From an uncultured bacterium (GTDB taxonomy: Bacteria; Patescibacteriota; Patescibacteriia; 2-12-FULL-60-25): a stretch of 64,000 nucleotides of DNA. Below the pieces are notes generated by a model that was not told the origin of the DNA, made no database searches, and saw only the letters and a program-made list of their open reading frames with translations. The stretch lies in contig CALFEO010000002.1 in assembly GCA_937949995.1 (NCBI GenBank), positions 1,090 to 65,089 of the forward strand. The letters are read 5' to 3'. Below, piece after piece: positions 27,189-35,572 of the stretch. The first letter of the stretch is position 1; each line of letters starts with the position of its first letter. Both the position numbers and the translations under genes were made by a program.

Positions 27189-27392
27189 ATGCGCAAGAAG
27201 TGCTTGAGTTGCGGTAAGGACTGGATTGAGGGAAAACCCGATGACGGGCTCATCTCTCACGGGATATGCTCCGAGCGTTGCGGGCGATTGCTGGAACTTT
27301 GGAGCTATACGAACAGAAACATCTCACTGCGGGATTTTGCAAGAGAAAGGATGGACAATGAAAACCTACCTTCAACACCGCCCCTCTGTTGA
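27189..27392 (+). CDS. small 4-Cys zinc-ribbon protein (67 aa)
   Basis: GGAGG at 27179-27183, ATG 27189. CLSCG...HGICSERC. Confidence 0.45.
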   Translation: MRKKCLSCGKDWIEGKPDDGLISHGICSERCGRLLELWSYTNRNISLRDFARERMDNENLPSTPPLC

Positions 27393-27591
27393 CGTAACCA
27401 TTCTGGATACTCAACGCCGTCCACTGCGCTTCACTATGAAACGTCTCGCCATGCTTCGAGACCTGCAGGTGGAGTTTCCCGAGCTCCCCGTTTACTGCGA
27501 AGTGAACGGAGAGCACAAACATGTACCTCTTGAGGCAATCGAACTATGGGACATGGGTATCCTCATGATCCGCAATACGAGCGCCGCTTAA
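27358..27591 (+). CDS. small hypothetical protein (77 aa)
   Basis: ATG 27358 overlapping the previous gene; followed by a cluster of GC hairpins (27596-27700). Confidence 0.4.
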   Translation: MKTYLQHRPSVDVTILDTQRRPLRFTMKRLAMLRDLQVEFPELPVYCEVNGEHKHVPLEAIELWDMGILMIRNTSAA

Positions 27592-27728
27592 CCTTGCCGA
27601 CGGATTCCACATCTGTCGGCCTCCCACCGAGAACATAGTTGGGAAGCTCGGCGGGCGTAACTCGTTCCACGCCCCTGTCGACGGGTGGGGCCCCACCCTT
27701 ATCGACGCTAATTCATAACTCAAACAGT

Positions 27729-28031
27729 ATGGATAAAGAGAATATCGTTAAGTTGTATGCCGCTTATTTGGGCTGTAATGCCGACGTAGCCGAGGGACAG
27801 GTGAATTTTCACCTCGAGGGCGGAGGCGCTTTAGACTCGCGTTTAGTTGACCTTGAGGTCTCCATGAACGGCGAGGACAGCGTTCTAAAGCCTTTGCGCG
27901 ACGCTTATTATGCCGTTAAAGGCATGGAAGCCCCGCCGTTATCACTGACCGTTGAGACGGCTGATAATTACGAGATTGAGAAGCTCAAAACAGCTCTAAA
28001 ATCGCTCGCACCCTCCGAGAGTGCCGATTAA
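27729..28031 (+). CDS. hypothetical protein
   Basis: First ATG of track ORF 27639..28031; acidic, no motif. Confidence 0.4.
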   Translation: MDKENIVKLYAAYLGCNADVAEGQVNFHLEGGGALDSRLVDLEVSMNGEDSVLKPLRDAYYAVKGMEAPPLSLTVETADNYEIEKLKTALKSLAPSESAD

Positions 28032-28141
28032 TCTCAATCTACGGAATCATCCCGTCTTTCATCGCTGAAAGGCTGGAGAGGATGACGCTTTAGTCGTGTT
28101 CCGTTCCCGCTTAGATACTCAGTCTAGGCGGAGGCGAGAAT

Positions 28142-28723
28142 ATGAAAAAACTATTTATTGACTTAGGCCACAGCCTAAAATACCCGGGCGCGTACGGACA
28201 TAAAACCGAGGTCCAATGGTCCCGTTGGATTTGGGGCTACTTGCACCACATGCTTGACGCGCAGGTGGACAATGCGGGTAATAAGAAATGGGAAATATTG
28301 CTGGTACCGGACAAGTTCGTTACGGATTGGTCGAGCAATCGCAACCTCATCAACCGCATAAACTGGATTAACGCGCGCAGTAAGACATGGCGCGATTATC
28401 TGCTCTCTATTCATGGAAACTGGGCCGGCAGAGACTTTGTTCGCGGTGTTACAACCGTTTACATGGGTGGGAGTAAAGTGGCTCAAAGTGAAGCATATGA
28501 GATGAGCAAGGCCTATTCCGAAGTTACCGGTGTACCGATTTGGAACGGCGGGGCTTTTGACGATAGAGATTCACGCTTCGGCCGTGTTGGCATGGTACGC
28601 GACACTAATCCGCTCGCCTTGCTCATTGAAGCCGGCTTTGTTACTTCCAAGGAAGACATGGACGTCGACGCACGCAAGGCGGCCGAGGGGATAGCCAAAT
28701 ACTTCGATTGTATAGATTTTTGA
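28142..28723 (+). CDS. N-acetylmuramoyl-L-alanine amidase (Amidase_3-type endolysin)
   Basis: IDLGHS, SIHGNW and ALLIEAGFVTSKED motifs; SD ggagg. Confidence 0.85.
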   Translation: MKKLFIDLGHSLKYPGAYGHKTEVQWSRWIWGYLHHMLDAQVDNAGNKKWEILLVPDKFVTDWSSNRNLINRINWINARSKTWRDYLLSIHGNWAGRDFVRGVTTVYMGGSKVAQSEAYEMSKAYSEVTGVPIWNGGAFDDRDSRFGRVGMVRDTNPLALLIEAGFVTSKEDMDVDARKAAEGIAKYFDCIDF

Positions 28724-28773
28724 AAAATGTATAGGTTTGGACGTGAATATGAACGATTTTGCGTGTTTTATTA

Positions 28774-28802
28774 TTGACTGGCGTCACTTTGTATTGTAAA
28801 AT
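28774..28802 (+). promoter_or_regulatory. sigma70-like promoter
   Basis: TTGACT - 17 nt - TAAAAT. Confidence 0.45.
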
Positions 28803-28808
28803 ACCTAC

Positions 28809-28987
28809 ATTCATTGAAAATCTAGCTTTTGTTTCAAGCCAAAAGCAAGCAATGTTGCCTAGCACTCCAAAAGGCGACCATCAAAAGGAGCTATCCCGCT
28901 GAACCGTTAAGGTTTGTCGGGTGCTTGAACACTTGCCGACTACACCATGAGAGTAGAAGGCGGGATAGTTGCTTTTGGTGGTTTTTC
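28809..28987 (+). ncRNA. candidate structured RNA / leader closed by a 22-position stem plus U-tract
   Basis: ccatcaaaaggagctatcccgc (28878-28899) pairs with gcgggatagttgcttttggtgg (28960-28981): 1 mismatch, 2 GU. Followed by TTTTT. An upstream hairpin gcttttg..caaaagc is present. No ORF. Confidence 0.4.
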
Positions 28988-29081
28988 TTATCCTTCGTTG
29001 GTTAGACGGATCGCACGTTCTGGCTGTCCATAACACCACGTGCAATCCGGCGAACTATAACGGCCGGTAAGATAACAAGCT

Positions 29082-29255
29082 ATGCTAATTTGCAGGGCTT
29101 GGATCACTGTTAACGGGGAACGCCTCTATGCCAGCGACTACGGTCGCAAAGCATTTTGCTGGGATTCTTCAAAGGAAGCGCAAGCTATCTGGAGAGCCAA
29201 GCTAAAACGAAAAGGCCGCCGTAAACAGCGACCCGCCAAACTAACAAAAGTGTAA
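29082..29255 (+). CDS. possible small basic protein (57 aa)
   Basis: MLICRAWITVNGERLYASDYGRKAFCW...KLKRKGRRKQRPAKLTKV. Below the track threshold; no clear SD; followed by a terminator. Confidence 0.3.
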   Translation: MLICRAWITVNGERLYASDYGRKAFCWDSSKEAQAIWRAKLKRKGRRKQRPAKLTKV

Positions 29256-29271
29256 AAACTTTTACCAAATT

Positions 29272-29292
29272 CCCCATTACCGTGGGGTTTTT
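29272..29292 (+). terminator. intrinsic terminator
   Basis: cccca-ttaccg-tgggg followed by ttttt. Confidence 0.6.
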
Positions 29293-29447
29293 GGTTTCTT
29301 AGCAATATATTGCAATATTGTCAAGCGTCCCCATTATACCACAAAAAATCATTCGCTTTTTGTTCTATTTAGCCCGTTTGTGGACAACCTCAAGGTCTCA
29401 GACGGGCTTTTTGCTACTTTGACAATATAATCATTAACTAAACCTAT

Positions 29448-29792
29448 ATGGAGCGAGAAACACGCACAATCACAGCCCCTAGCGGCAAAGAGGTGGTCAT
29501 GAAGACTTATCTAACCCCTCGAGAATTGCGGGAAATTAAGAAGATTTACGTTAATTTGGTGCAATCAGCACCGCGCCCGGGCGAGAGCGTCAAGCTGGTG
29601 GGAGTAGGGGACGCGCAAGAGCAAGCCGAGAACAAACTCATCGAGCTATCTGTTACCTCATACGACGGATCCGCTGAGGATGTTCTTAACCGCTTACTGG
29701 ACGGCAATCCACAAGAGGGCAATGCCGAGGATTACGACTTTGTGCTGGAAAAAGCCAACGAGCTGAACGCCCCTTTGCAGACAGCGAAATAG
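29448..29792 (+). CDS. tail assembly chaperone (gpG-like, 0-frame product)
   Basis: 114-aa acidic protein immediately upstream of the tape-measure region; carries the frameshift signal near its 3' end. Confidence 0.65.
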   Translation: MERETRTITAPSGKEVVMKTYLTPRELREIKKIYVNLVQSAPRPGESVKLVGVGDAQEQAENKLIELSVTSYDGSAEDVLNRLLDGNPQEGNAEDYDFVLEKANELNAPLQTAK

Positions 29793-29980
29793 CCAAGGAC
29801 TGGGCACGCTATTTCGCGGGGAGAGGACAGCCCACGGATGAGATGATCATTGCACTCGTTTGCCGTGAGATGAAGTGGACGCATGACGAGTACATGAATC
29901 AACCTCTGCCATTCATCAATCAGGTGATTTCGATGATAAGCGAGGAGGCAAAATACAATAATCGCAAGTACAAAAAATAA
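29448..29980 (+). CDS. tail assembly chaperone, -1 frameshift extension product (gpGT-like)
   Basis: The -1 frame is open from before 29771 to TAA 29978-29980 and encodes ...DWARYFAGRGQPTDEMIIALVCREMKWTHDEYMNQPLPFINQVISMISEE. It has no start codon of its own. Confidence 0.6.
29771..29817 (+). promoter_or_regulatory. -1 programmed ribosomal frameshift signal
   Basis: Slippery heptamer C CCT TTG (29771-29777, 0-frame codons CCT TTG), 6-nt spacer, then a perfect 10-bp stem gcgaaatagc/gctatttcgc (29784-29817). Confidence 0.65.
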
Positions 29981-30023
29981 AAATGCCCGCTTACTTTTGA
30001 GAGACAGCGAGCATTACCAAAAT

Positions 30024-30203
30024 ATGAACTTCAATACTAAGATAATAGACAAACTTTACAAGCTTGTCAAATCAGATATGTGCGATGAAAAACTCTCAAA
30101 TCTACCATGGCAAAAATGGCTAAAAGTGTTCGGATTTAAGGCGGGCATGGGCTTGGTTTTCGCAATTTCACTTTGCGCAATAATTTGGTTTATCAAACAC
30201 TGA
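30024..30203 (+). CDS. small protein with C-terminal TM helix
   Basis: Track start is TTG 29997; ATG at 30024. GMGLVFAISLCAIIWFI. Confidence 0.35.
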   Translation: MNFNTKIIDKLYKLVKSDMCDEKLSNLPWQKWLKVFGFKAGMGLVFAISLCAIIWFIKH

Positions 30204-30204
30204 T

Positions 30205-31809
30205 ATGGCCGACACTAAGCTAAGCATAATCGTTCAAGCGAAAGACCAAGCGTCTAAGGACATTGAACGTCTTAATGGGAAACTTGGCAGTCTTGGCAAG
30301 GGTTTTGCGGCAGTTGGAACGGTAGCAACCGCAACAACCGCAGCGATTGCCGTTGCGGCAACAGGCGTTGGAATTTTAGGTTACAACGCAATTAAAGCGG
30401 CCAGTGAATTGGAACAGCAAAGAGTTGCATTTGAGACAATGCTGGGAAGTGCGGAAAAAGCGGGGGAGTTTATTAAAGATTTAACCAACTTTGCCAAATC
30501 AACACCTTTCGAACTTAAGGGCCTTGAAAATGCATCGAAATCTTTACTTGCTTACGGATTTGCACAAGAGGAGATTTTGCCAAACCTAAAGTCATTGGGA
30601 GATATTGCTTCCGGTGTCGGCATGGAGAAACTGCCGAATCTTATCCTTGCTTTTGGCCAAGTTAAGGCGGCAACAAAGCTGACGGGCATGGAACTGCGTC
30701 AATTCACCGAGGCCGGCGTCCCATTACTTGATCAACTGGCAAAGCAAATGAATAAACCGGTATCAGAAATTCAAGCAATGGTATCGGCCGGAGAGATTGG
30801 TTTTCCAGCTGTTCAAGCGGCGCTGGCCGCACTTACTGGCGAGGGGGGCAGATTTAACAACCTCATGGAGAATCAATCAAAAACCTTTGGAGGCATGGTG
30901 TCTAATCTTAAAGATTCTTGGGATTTATTTTTACGTGGAGCCGGTGAGCCATTACTGGATTGGGCCAAGGCGATCATCGAAAAATTAATTTTTATTACGA
31001 ATAATGTACTCCCTCCCTTAGTTACAAGATTGGATGAGTTTATCAAATCTATAAATACAAATTTTCCAACACTCGACGGACTGAAAAATAAATTTGCCGA
31101 AATCTCAAAAAAGATTGAGGAGAAAACGGGGTTAATATCTCAACTCAAGGAAGCATGGGATCGCGTAGCAACTAAAATCACCAATGAACTCATGCCTGCA
31201 CTTCAAGAGCTTTGGGTAGCAATGCAACCGTACATGCCTTTATTGGAACTTTTTGCGCAGATCATACTCGGTGTTGTCGTTTTAGCTTTGAAGATTTTTG
31301 TAGAGGTTGTAACTACCCTAATCGAAAAATTTATCGGGTTTGTTACATGGATCACCAAAACCGAAACCGCTTTACTCGAAAGATTGCAGCCGGCCATTGG
31401 TATTATGCAAGCAGTGCTTGGTGCTCTAAGCAATTCCATTCAGTGGGTTATCGATAAATTCAATGGCATGGTTTCTGCTGCAAATGCCGCCTATGAAGCG
31501 GCCCAAAGAGCGGCCAGTTTGGTGGGGAGAGTAGGCTCAGCTGTAGCAACCGGTGGAATCTCAGAGGTTGTTAGAGCTGTAACGCACCAAGCGTCAGGTG
31601 GAATTGTAACCAGTCCAACCCATATCTTGGCTGGTGAAGAAGGGCCGGAGGCTATTATTCCGCTTAACAGATTAGCAGGCGCAGGAGGCAACGGGGTGAA
31701 TATCTACATCACCGGCGGCTCTTTTGTCGGCGTAGATAATAGCGAAGTTGCGCGAATTTTAGGCGATAGAATTATCAAGCAATTACAGATGACTCATCGC
31801 CTTGGTTAA
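30205..31809 (+). CDS. tail tape measure protein
   Basis: Conserved TMP core (FETMLGSAEKAGEFIKDLTNFAKSTPFEL...LAYGF...LGDIASG...QVKAATKLTGMELRQFTEAGVPLL), hydrophobic and coiled-coil segments. Confidence 0.85.
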   Translation: MADTKLSIIVQAKDQASKDIERLNGKLGSLGKGFAAVGTVATATTAAIAVAATGVGILGYNAIKAASELEQQRVAFETMLGSAEKAGEFIKDLTNFAKSTPFELKGLENASKSLLAYGFAQEEILPNLKSLGDIASGVGMEKLPNLILAFGQVKAATKLTGMELRQFTEAGVPLLDQLAKQMNKPVSEIQAMVSAGEIGFPAVQAALAALTGEGGRFNNLMENQSKTFGGMVSNLKDSWDLFLRGAGEPLLDWAKAIIEKLIFITNNVLPPLVTRLDEFIKSINTNFPTLDGLKNKFAEISKKIEEKTGLISQLKEAWDRVATKITNELMPALQELWVAMQPYMPLLELFAQIILGVVVLALKIFVEVVTTLIEKFIGFVTWITKTETALLERLQPAIGIMQAVLGALSNSIQWVIDKFNGMVSAANAAYEAAQRAASLVGRVGSAVATGGISEVVRAVTHQASGGIVTSPTHILAGEEGPEAIIPLNRLAGAGGNGVNIYITGGSFVGVDNSEVARILGDRIIKQLQMTHRLG

Positions 31810-31826
31810 TTCGTGGTATAGTAGGA

Positions 31827-31856
31827 TTGACAAAAATCTTAATTTGTGTTAGTAAT
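31827..31856 (+). promoter_or_regulatory. sigma70-like promoter for the moron gene
   Basis: TTGACA - 17 nt - TAGTAA(T). The box TTGACAAAA(A)TCTTAA recurs at 37239. Confidence 0.4.
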
Positions 31857-31864
31857 CAACCACT

Positions 31865-32515
31865 ATGACACACGAAAGGAACGAGACCGAGGCTAAAAAG
31901 CCTTGGTATAAAACCGTGTTGGGAATTTTATTTATCATTTTTACTTTTCCCTTAACGCTACCGCCGGTATTGCTGTACGTTATTTGGGTAAAGAGCAAGC
32001 AGGATCAGATCGTGAAAATCATCTTAACGGCTCTGATCGCTATCGTGACGCTTGTGATTTGGATTCCGGCGCTGTCTGACAATCAGACTCAAACGGACTC
32101 CAATGCACTCCGTCAGACTCCAACAGACTCCGTGACAGAGTCTACCTCACAGGAAAAGGCTGAAAACATTGACGAAAGCGAACTCCAACCGACTCCGGAA
32201 CCGAGTCCGAAGCAAAAAGAATGGGTTAATGTCTTTGAGGTGACAGCTAATTCCAGCAAGCAAAGCGAAACGTTTCACCTAAACGGCGGTCAACAAAAAA
32301 TCATCTACAAAACAGTTGGGGATGATTATACGATGTGCGCTATCTACGTTATGGATGAGGGTACAAGCTTAGACGAAAATGGTGGATTTCCGGTGGTCAT
32401 GATTGACGGAAGTCAGGAAGACGAAACCATGATGAGAAAATCCGCCGGTGATTATTACATGGATTTGAGCATCGCTAATGGTTCTTGCATCGTTGAATTG
32501 CAGGAATATAGATAG
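31865..32515 (+). CDS. membrane protein moron (2-3 TM helices, S/T/P/E linker, extracytoplasmic domain)
   Basis: Own promoter and strong terminator; inserted between the TMP and distal tail genes; not a virion-type sequence. Confidence 0.55.
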   Translation: MTHERNETEAKKPWYKTVLGILFIIFTFPLTLPPVLLYVIWVKSKQDQIVKIILTALIAIVTLVIWIPALSDNQTQTDSNALRQTPTDSVTESTSQEKAENIDESELQPTPEPSPKQKEWVNVFEVTANSSKQSETFHLNGGQQKIIYKTVGDDYTMCAIYVMDEGTSLDENGGFPVVMIDGSQEDETMMRKSAGDYYMDLSIANGSCIVELQEYR

Positions 32516-32535
32516 CCTACAATCCTGTTAATAAA

Positions 32536-32558
32536 AGACCCCCACACGGGGGTTTTTT
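32536..32558 (+). terminator. intrinsic terminator
   Basis: accccc-acac-gggggt followed by ttttt. Confidence 0.75.
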
Positions 32559-32659
32559 GTTTGTGGATAATCAAAGCCTCTCAAAACAGCAACCTGATAT
32601 TCTCACAATATCCTTTGCTGTACTTGCAAAGGGTGGCAACAAAATGATTTAATAAGCTC

Positions 32660-32748
32660 AATCCGTTCAAGCGGCGAGCGCATTTAATCAGGCAAGGGAA
32701 ACCTTGTCGGGAGGAAACTCCCTGCGTTGCCATTTGAACGGATTTTTT
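32660..32748 (+). ncRNA. candidate ~90-nt structured sRNA with two GAAA-capped hairpins
   Basis: Closing stem aatccgttcaa/ttgaacggatt (32660-32670 / 32734-32744) plus T-run. Inner hairpins caagg-GAAA-ccttg (32693-32706) and gggag-GAAA-ctccc (32709-32722). Possible promoter TTGCAA(32624)-18-TTTAAT. Confidence 0.4.
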
Positions 32749-33108
32749 AGTCCGTTAATGGCAAATAACAGACGCATTTGCGCCTTAGTTTAGAATTGCC
32801 CGTTTATAGTCGACAGACTTGTACGTAACAAGAACGCGCCGGAATTTCCCAAAGCCGTTAATAGGGTTCACTACCTTATGGGCAGAGCTTCAGAGGGGAT
32901 ACAGGATCCACCGCCGTCCTCCCCGACCTGCTTTGCTCGTAAGATAAAAATACAAAACTCCCCTTGTGAGGGAGTCTCATAACCGCCTAACCTGCGTGTT
33001 AGGTAAAAACCTAATACCCCTCTACCTTAGCAGGGAAAAGGCGGTTTTGTCCAGTTCCTTTGTTGATAACAACACCTTGCTCAAGGCTGTTTTTGTTACG
33101 CTTATTCC

Positions 33109-35097
33109 ATGATCACCGTAACAATCGCCGGAATAGACAGAACCAGCTCGATAGATTGGCAGTCTTTGACTATTCAGCAGGTAGCTACCTCAGAGGTGGA
33201 TACTGCGAGCTTCAAAATCAAGCTGTACGGCACGAAAACCTATCAGCCGGCTATCGGCGAGGAAGTTCTCATCCTAGACGACGCTACAGCTATTTTTGGC
33301 GGTACAATCGTGCGTATATCCAATACAGTGGAAGCCGGCGGGCTTACCAGCCTCAATATCGAGTGTGCGAGCCACGAAAGAACGCTCGACCGCTATCTTG
33401 TGGCCAGGGAAATCCAAAACAAGGATATTTTTTACTGCCTTAATACGCTGGTGGCGGAGTTCGTCAATCGCACAAAAAAGGTGATTGCCTCCATGGAAGA
33501 CTCGGAAACATGGACTAATGAAGACGGCTCGACCACGCAAAACACAACCGCAGGGCAGTACATCCTTGAGACGCAAAGCGAGAAGTTTACGGCCACGGCC
33601 GGCAATACAGCCACCGCGAGATGTGAGCGTTCTTTGGATTTGACTGTCTTTGATAACGGTTTAGCCTCGGATGATGATGACTGGATTACGCTTTGGTACT
33701 ACGTGGATAATCCCAATAACTTTGCCAGCTTGCGGTTGCGCTTAACCATAGACGCGGCCGGCACGTACACGAATTACTACGAAACCACAATTTTAAGCAC
33801 TCCAAGGACAGGCTGGAACCAAGCTAAAATCGCCAAATCCGCTTTTACAGAAACCGGCACGCCGGCTTGGGCGAGCATTACCTATCTGCAAATCCAAGCT
33901 ACGGCCGGAGCGGGCGGTACGGTGAACGTGAGCGTTGACGATATTCGCCTCATAAGCGCGGATACGGGCTTTACTCAACAAGGAGTAAAAGACGCGAGCC
34001 GAACTTTGGGAAGCGTTAAATTCAACTATGAGCAGATGAGCCAAGCGGTGAAGCAAATCGCCGAAGCCGTGGCGTATGAGTGGTATATCGACGCATACAG
34101 GGATATTAACCTCTATGAGCCGTCAGGCAACCCTGCGCCGTTTTCTTTGACCGATACCAGCCAAAACTTTGTTTGGAACAGCTTGGAACTCGACGACGAC
34201 CTCACCAATATCCGCAATCAGGTGTATGTGAGAGGGGGAGAGTACGAGGGAAGCTCGGTAACTGAAAGCATGACCGCGGACGGGCAACAACTCCACTTTC
34301 CCACGCCATACAAGATGAAAGACGTGAGCGTTACGGTAGCGACCGTGGCCAAGACCGTGGGAGTCGATAACTTGAACGATCCCGCTGATTACGATTGCTT
34401 GTACAACTACATGGAGAAAACGCTCAAATTCAAGAGCGCGACCAAGCCCTCATCCGGTCAGGTGGTGGCGATTACGGGTACTCCCATGATTCCGGTCATC
34501 ATCAAGAAGTATGACGCGACGTCAGTGGCGCAATATGGCGTTTTTGAGCACTTAATCGTAGATAAGAGCATTATCACCCTCCAAGGGGGGAGAGACCGCG
34601 CTGCGGCTGAATTAAGCGCGTACAGGAACGAGATAACCGAAGGGAGCTTTGAGACCACGACCTCGGGACTCATCGCAGGTCAGACAATCAGCATAAACAT
34701 CACCGCAAGGGGGATAAGCGATACGTACAGGATTAAGAGCATAAACTTTCAAGCCAAAAGCCCGAGCGAGTTTACCTACAAAATCAGGCTCGTAACCACA
34801 CGCACCTTTGGCATAATCGAGTACCTGCTTGACGCTCTCAAAAAAGACCGCAAGCAGATTGACCTTAATGACTTCGAGGTTACGGATTTGGTGCAAGACA
34901 TCCGCGAGACCATTACTGTTACCGACGTCTGGACGGAAATGCCGAGGAATACGATAAGCGAAGAGGCGACCGTGGAAGAAGTTACGCAGGATAATCTGGA
35001 CTTTGGTTATGAGTGGGTTTTGGGCCCGTACGTCCCCACAGACATCGCGACCGATAAGAAAAGGGTGTTTATAACCAATGGGGGGAGATTGATTTAA
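33109..35097 (+). CDS. distal tail / baseplate-type structural protein
   Basis: N-terminus ITVTIAGIDRTSSIDWQSLTIQQ...DTASFKI...GEEVLILDD...IFGGTIV is typical of siphovirus tail proteins downstream of the TMP; 662 aa. Confidence 0.55.
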   Translation: MITVTIAGIDRTSSIDWQSLTIQQVATSEVDTASFKIKLYGTKTYQPAIGEEVLILDDATAIFGGTIVRISNTVEAGGLTSLNIECASHERTLDRYLVAREIQNKDIFYCLNTLVAEFVNRTKKVIASMEDSETWTNEDGSTTQNTTAGQYILETQSEKFTATAGNTATARCERSLDLTVFDNGLASDDDDWITLWYYVDNPNNFASLRLRLTIDAAGTYTNYYETTILSTPRTGWNQAKIAKSAFTETGTPAWASITYLQIQATAGAGGTVNVSVDDIRLISADTGFTQQGVKDASRTLGSVKFNYEQMSQAVKQIAEAVAYEWYIDAYRDINLYEPSGNPAPFSLTDTSQNFVWNSLELDDDLTNIRNQVYVRGGEYEGSSVTESMTADGQQLHFPTPYKMKDVSVTVATVAKTVGVDNLNDPADYDCLYNYMEKTLKFKSATKPSSGQVVAITGTPMIPVIIKKYDATSVAQYGVFEHLIVDKSIITLQGGRDRAAAELSAYRNEITEGSFETTTSGLIAGQTISINITARGISDTYRIKSINFQAKSPSEFTYKIRLVTTRTFGIIEYLLDALKKDRKQIDLNDFEVTDLVQDIRETITVTDVWTEMPRNTISEEATVEEVTQDNLDFGYEWVLGPYVPTDIATDKKRVFITNGGRLI

Positions 35098-35113
35098 TTG
35101 CTATATTGCTTTT

Positions 35114-35572
35114 ATGGACATTAAGGACAAAGTTAAATGCGCAGGCAAAGTTACCGTAACCGTACGTGATGAGAACGGGAATATTGTTGATTGGGATGTT
35201 TATTACAACGTGGTTACGATTGCCGGACGCGCGAAAATCTTGGAGGCTCTAACTTCGCCCGATGTTGATATTCAGGTCAATAAGGTGGCTTTAGGCTCGG
35301 GAACGACAGCGCCGTCCGAGAATGACACAACTCTCGAAACCGAAACATACCGCAACAATATCGCCTCATCCGTGTGGGATGACAACGTAGGCTATTTTAC
35401 GGGGCATTTTACGCTAACCGAAGTCTCGGGCACATTCCGCGAAATCGGGCTGTTTATTCAAGGCGCAGGGGATCCGGATACGGGCACACTCTTATCGCAC
35501 GTCGCCATTAACAAAACCAAAACAACATCGCAATCCTTGGATGTTGACTGGGAAATCACTCTCTCAATATGA
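35114..35572 (+). CDS. tail-collar-fibre-like domain protein (paralog 1)
   Basis: ALGSGTTAPSENDTTLETETYRN...FREIGLFI...DTGTLLSHV.I.KT...SL.V.WEITL. A paralog lies at 36648..37235. Confidence 0.5.
   Translation: MDIKDKVKCAGKVTVTVRDENGNIVDWDVYYNVVTIAGRAKILEALTSPDVDIQVNKVALGSGTTAPSENDTTLETETYRNNIASSVWDDNVGYFTGHFTLTEVSGTFREIGLFIQGAGDPDTGTLLSHVAINKTKTTSQSLDVDWEITLSI

Noticed and set aside
33060-33443. ORF 33060..33443(+), 127 aa
   Set aside because: It is Arg/Tyr-rich junk translation out of frame with the convincing tail protein gene 33109..35097.
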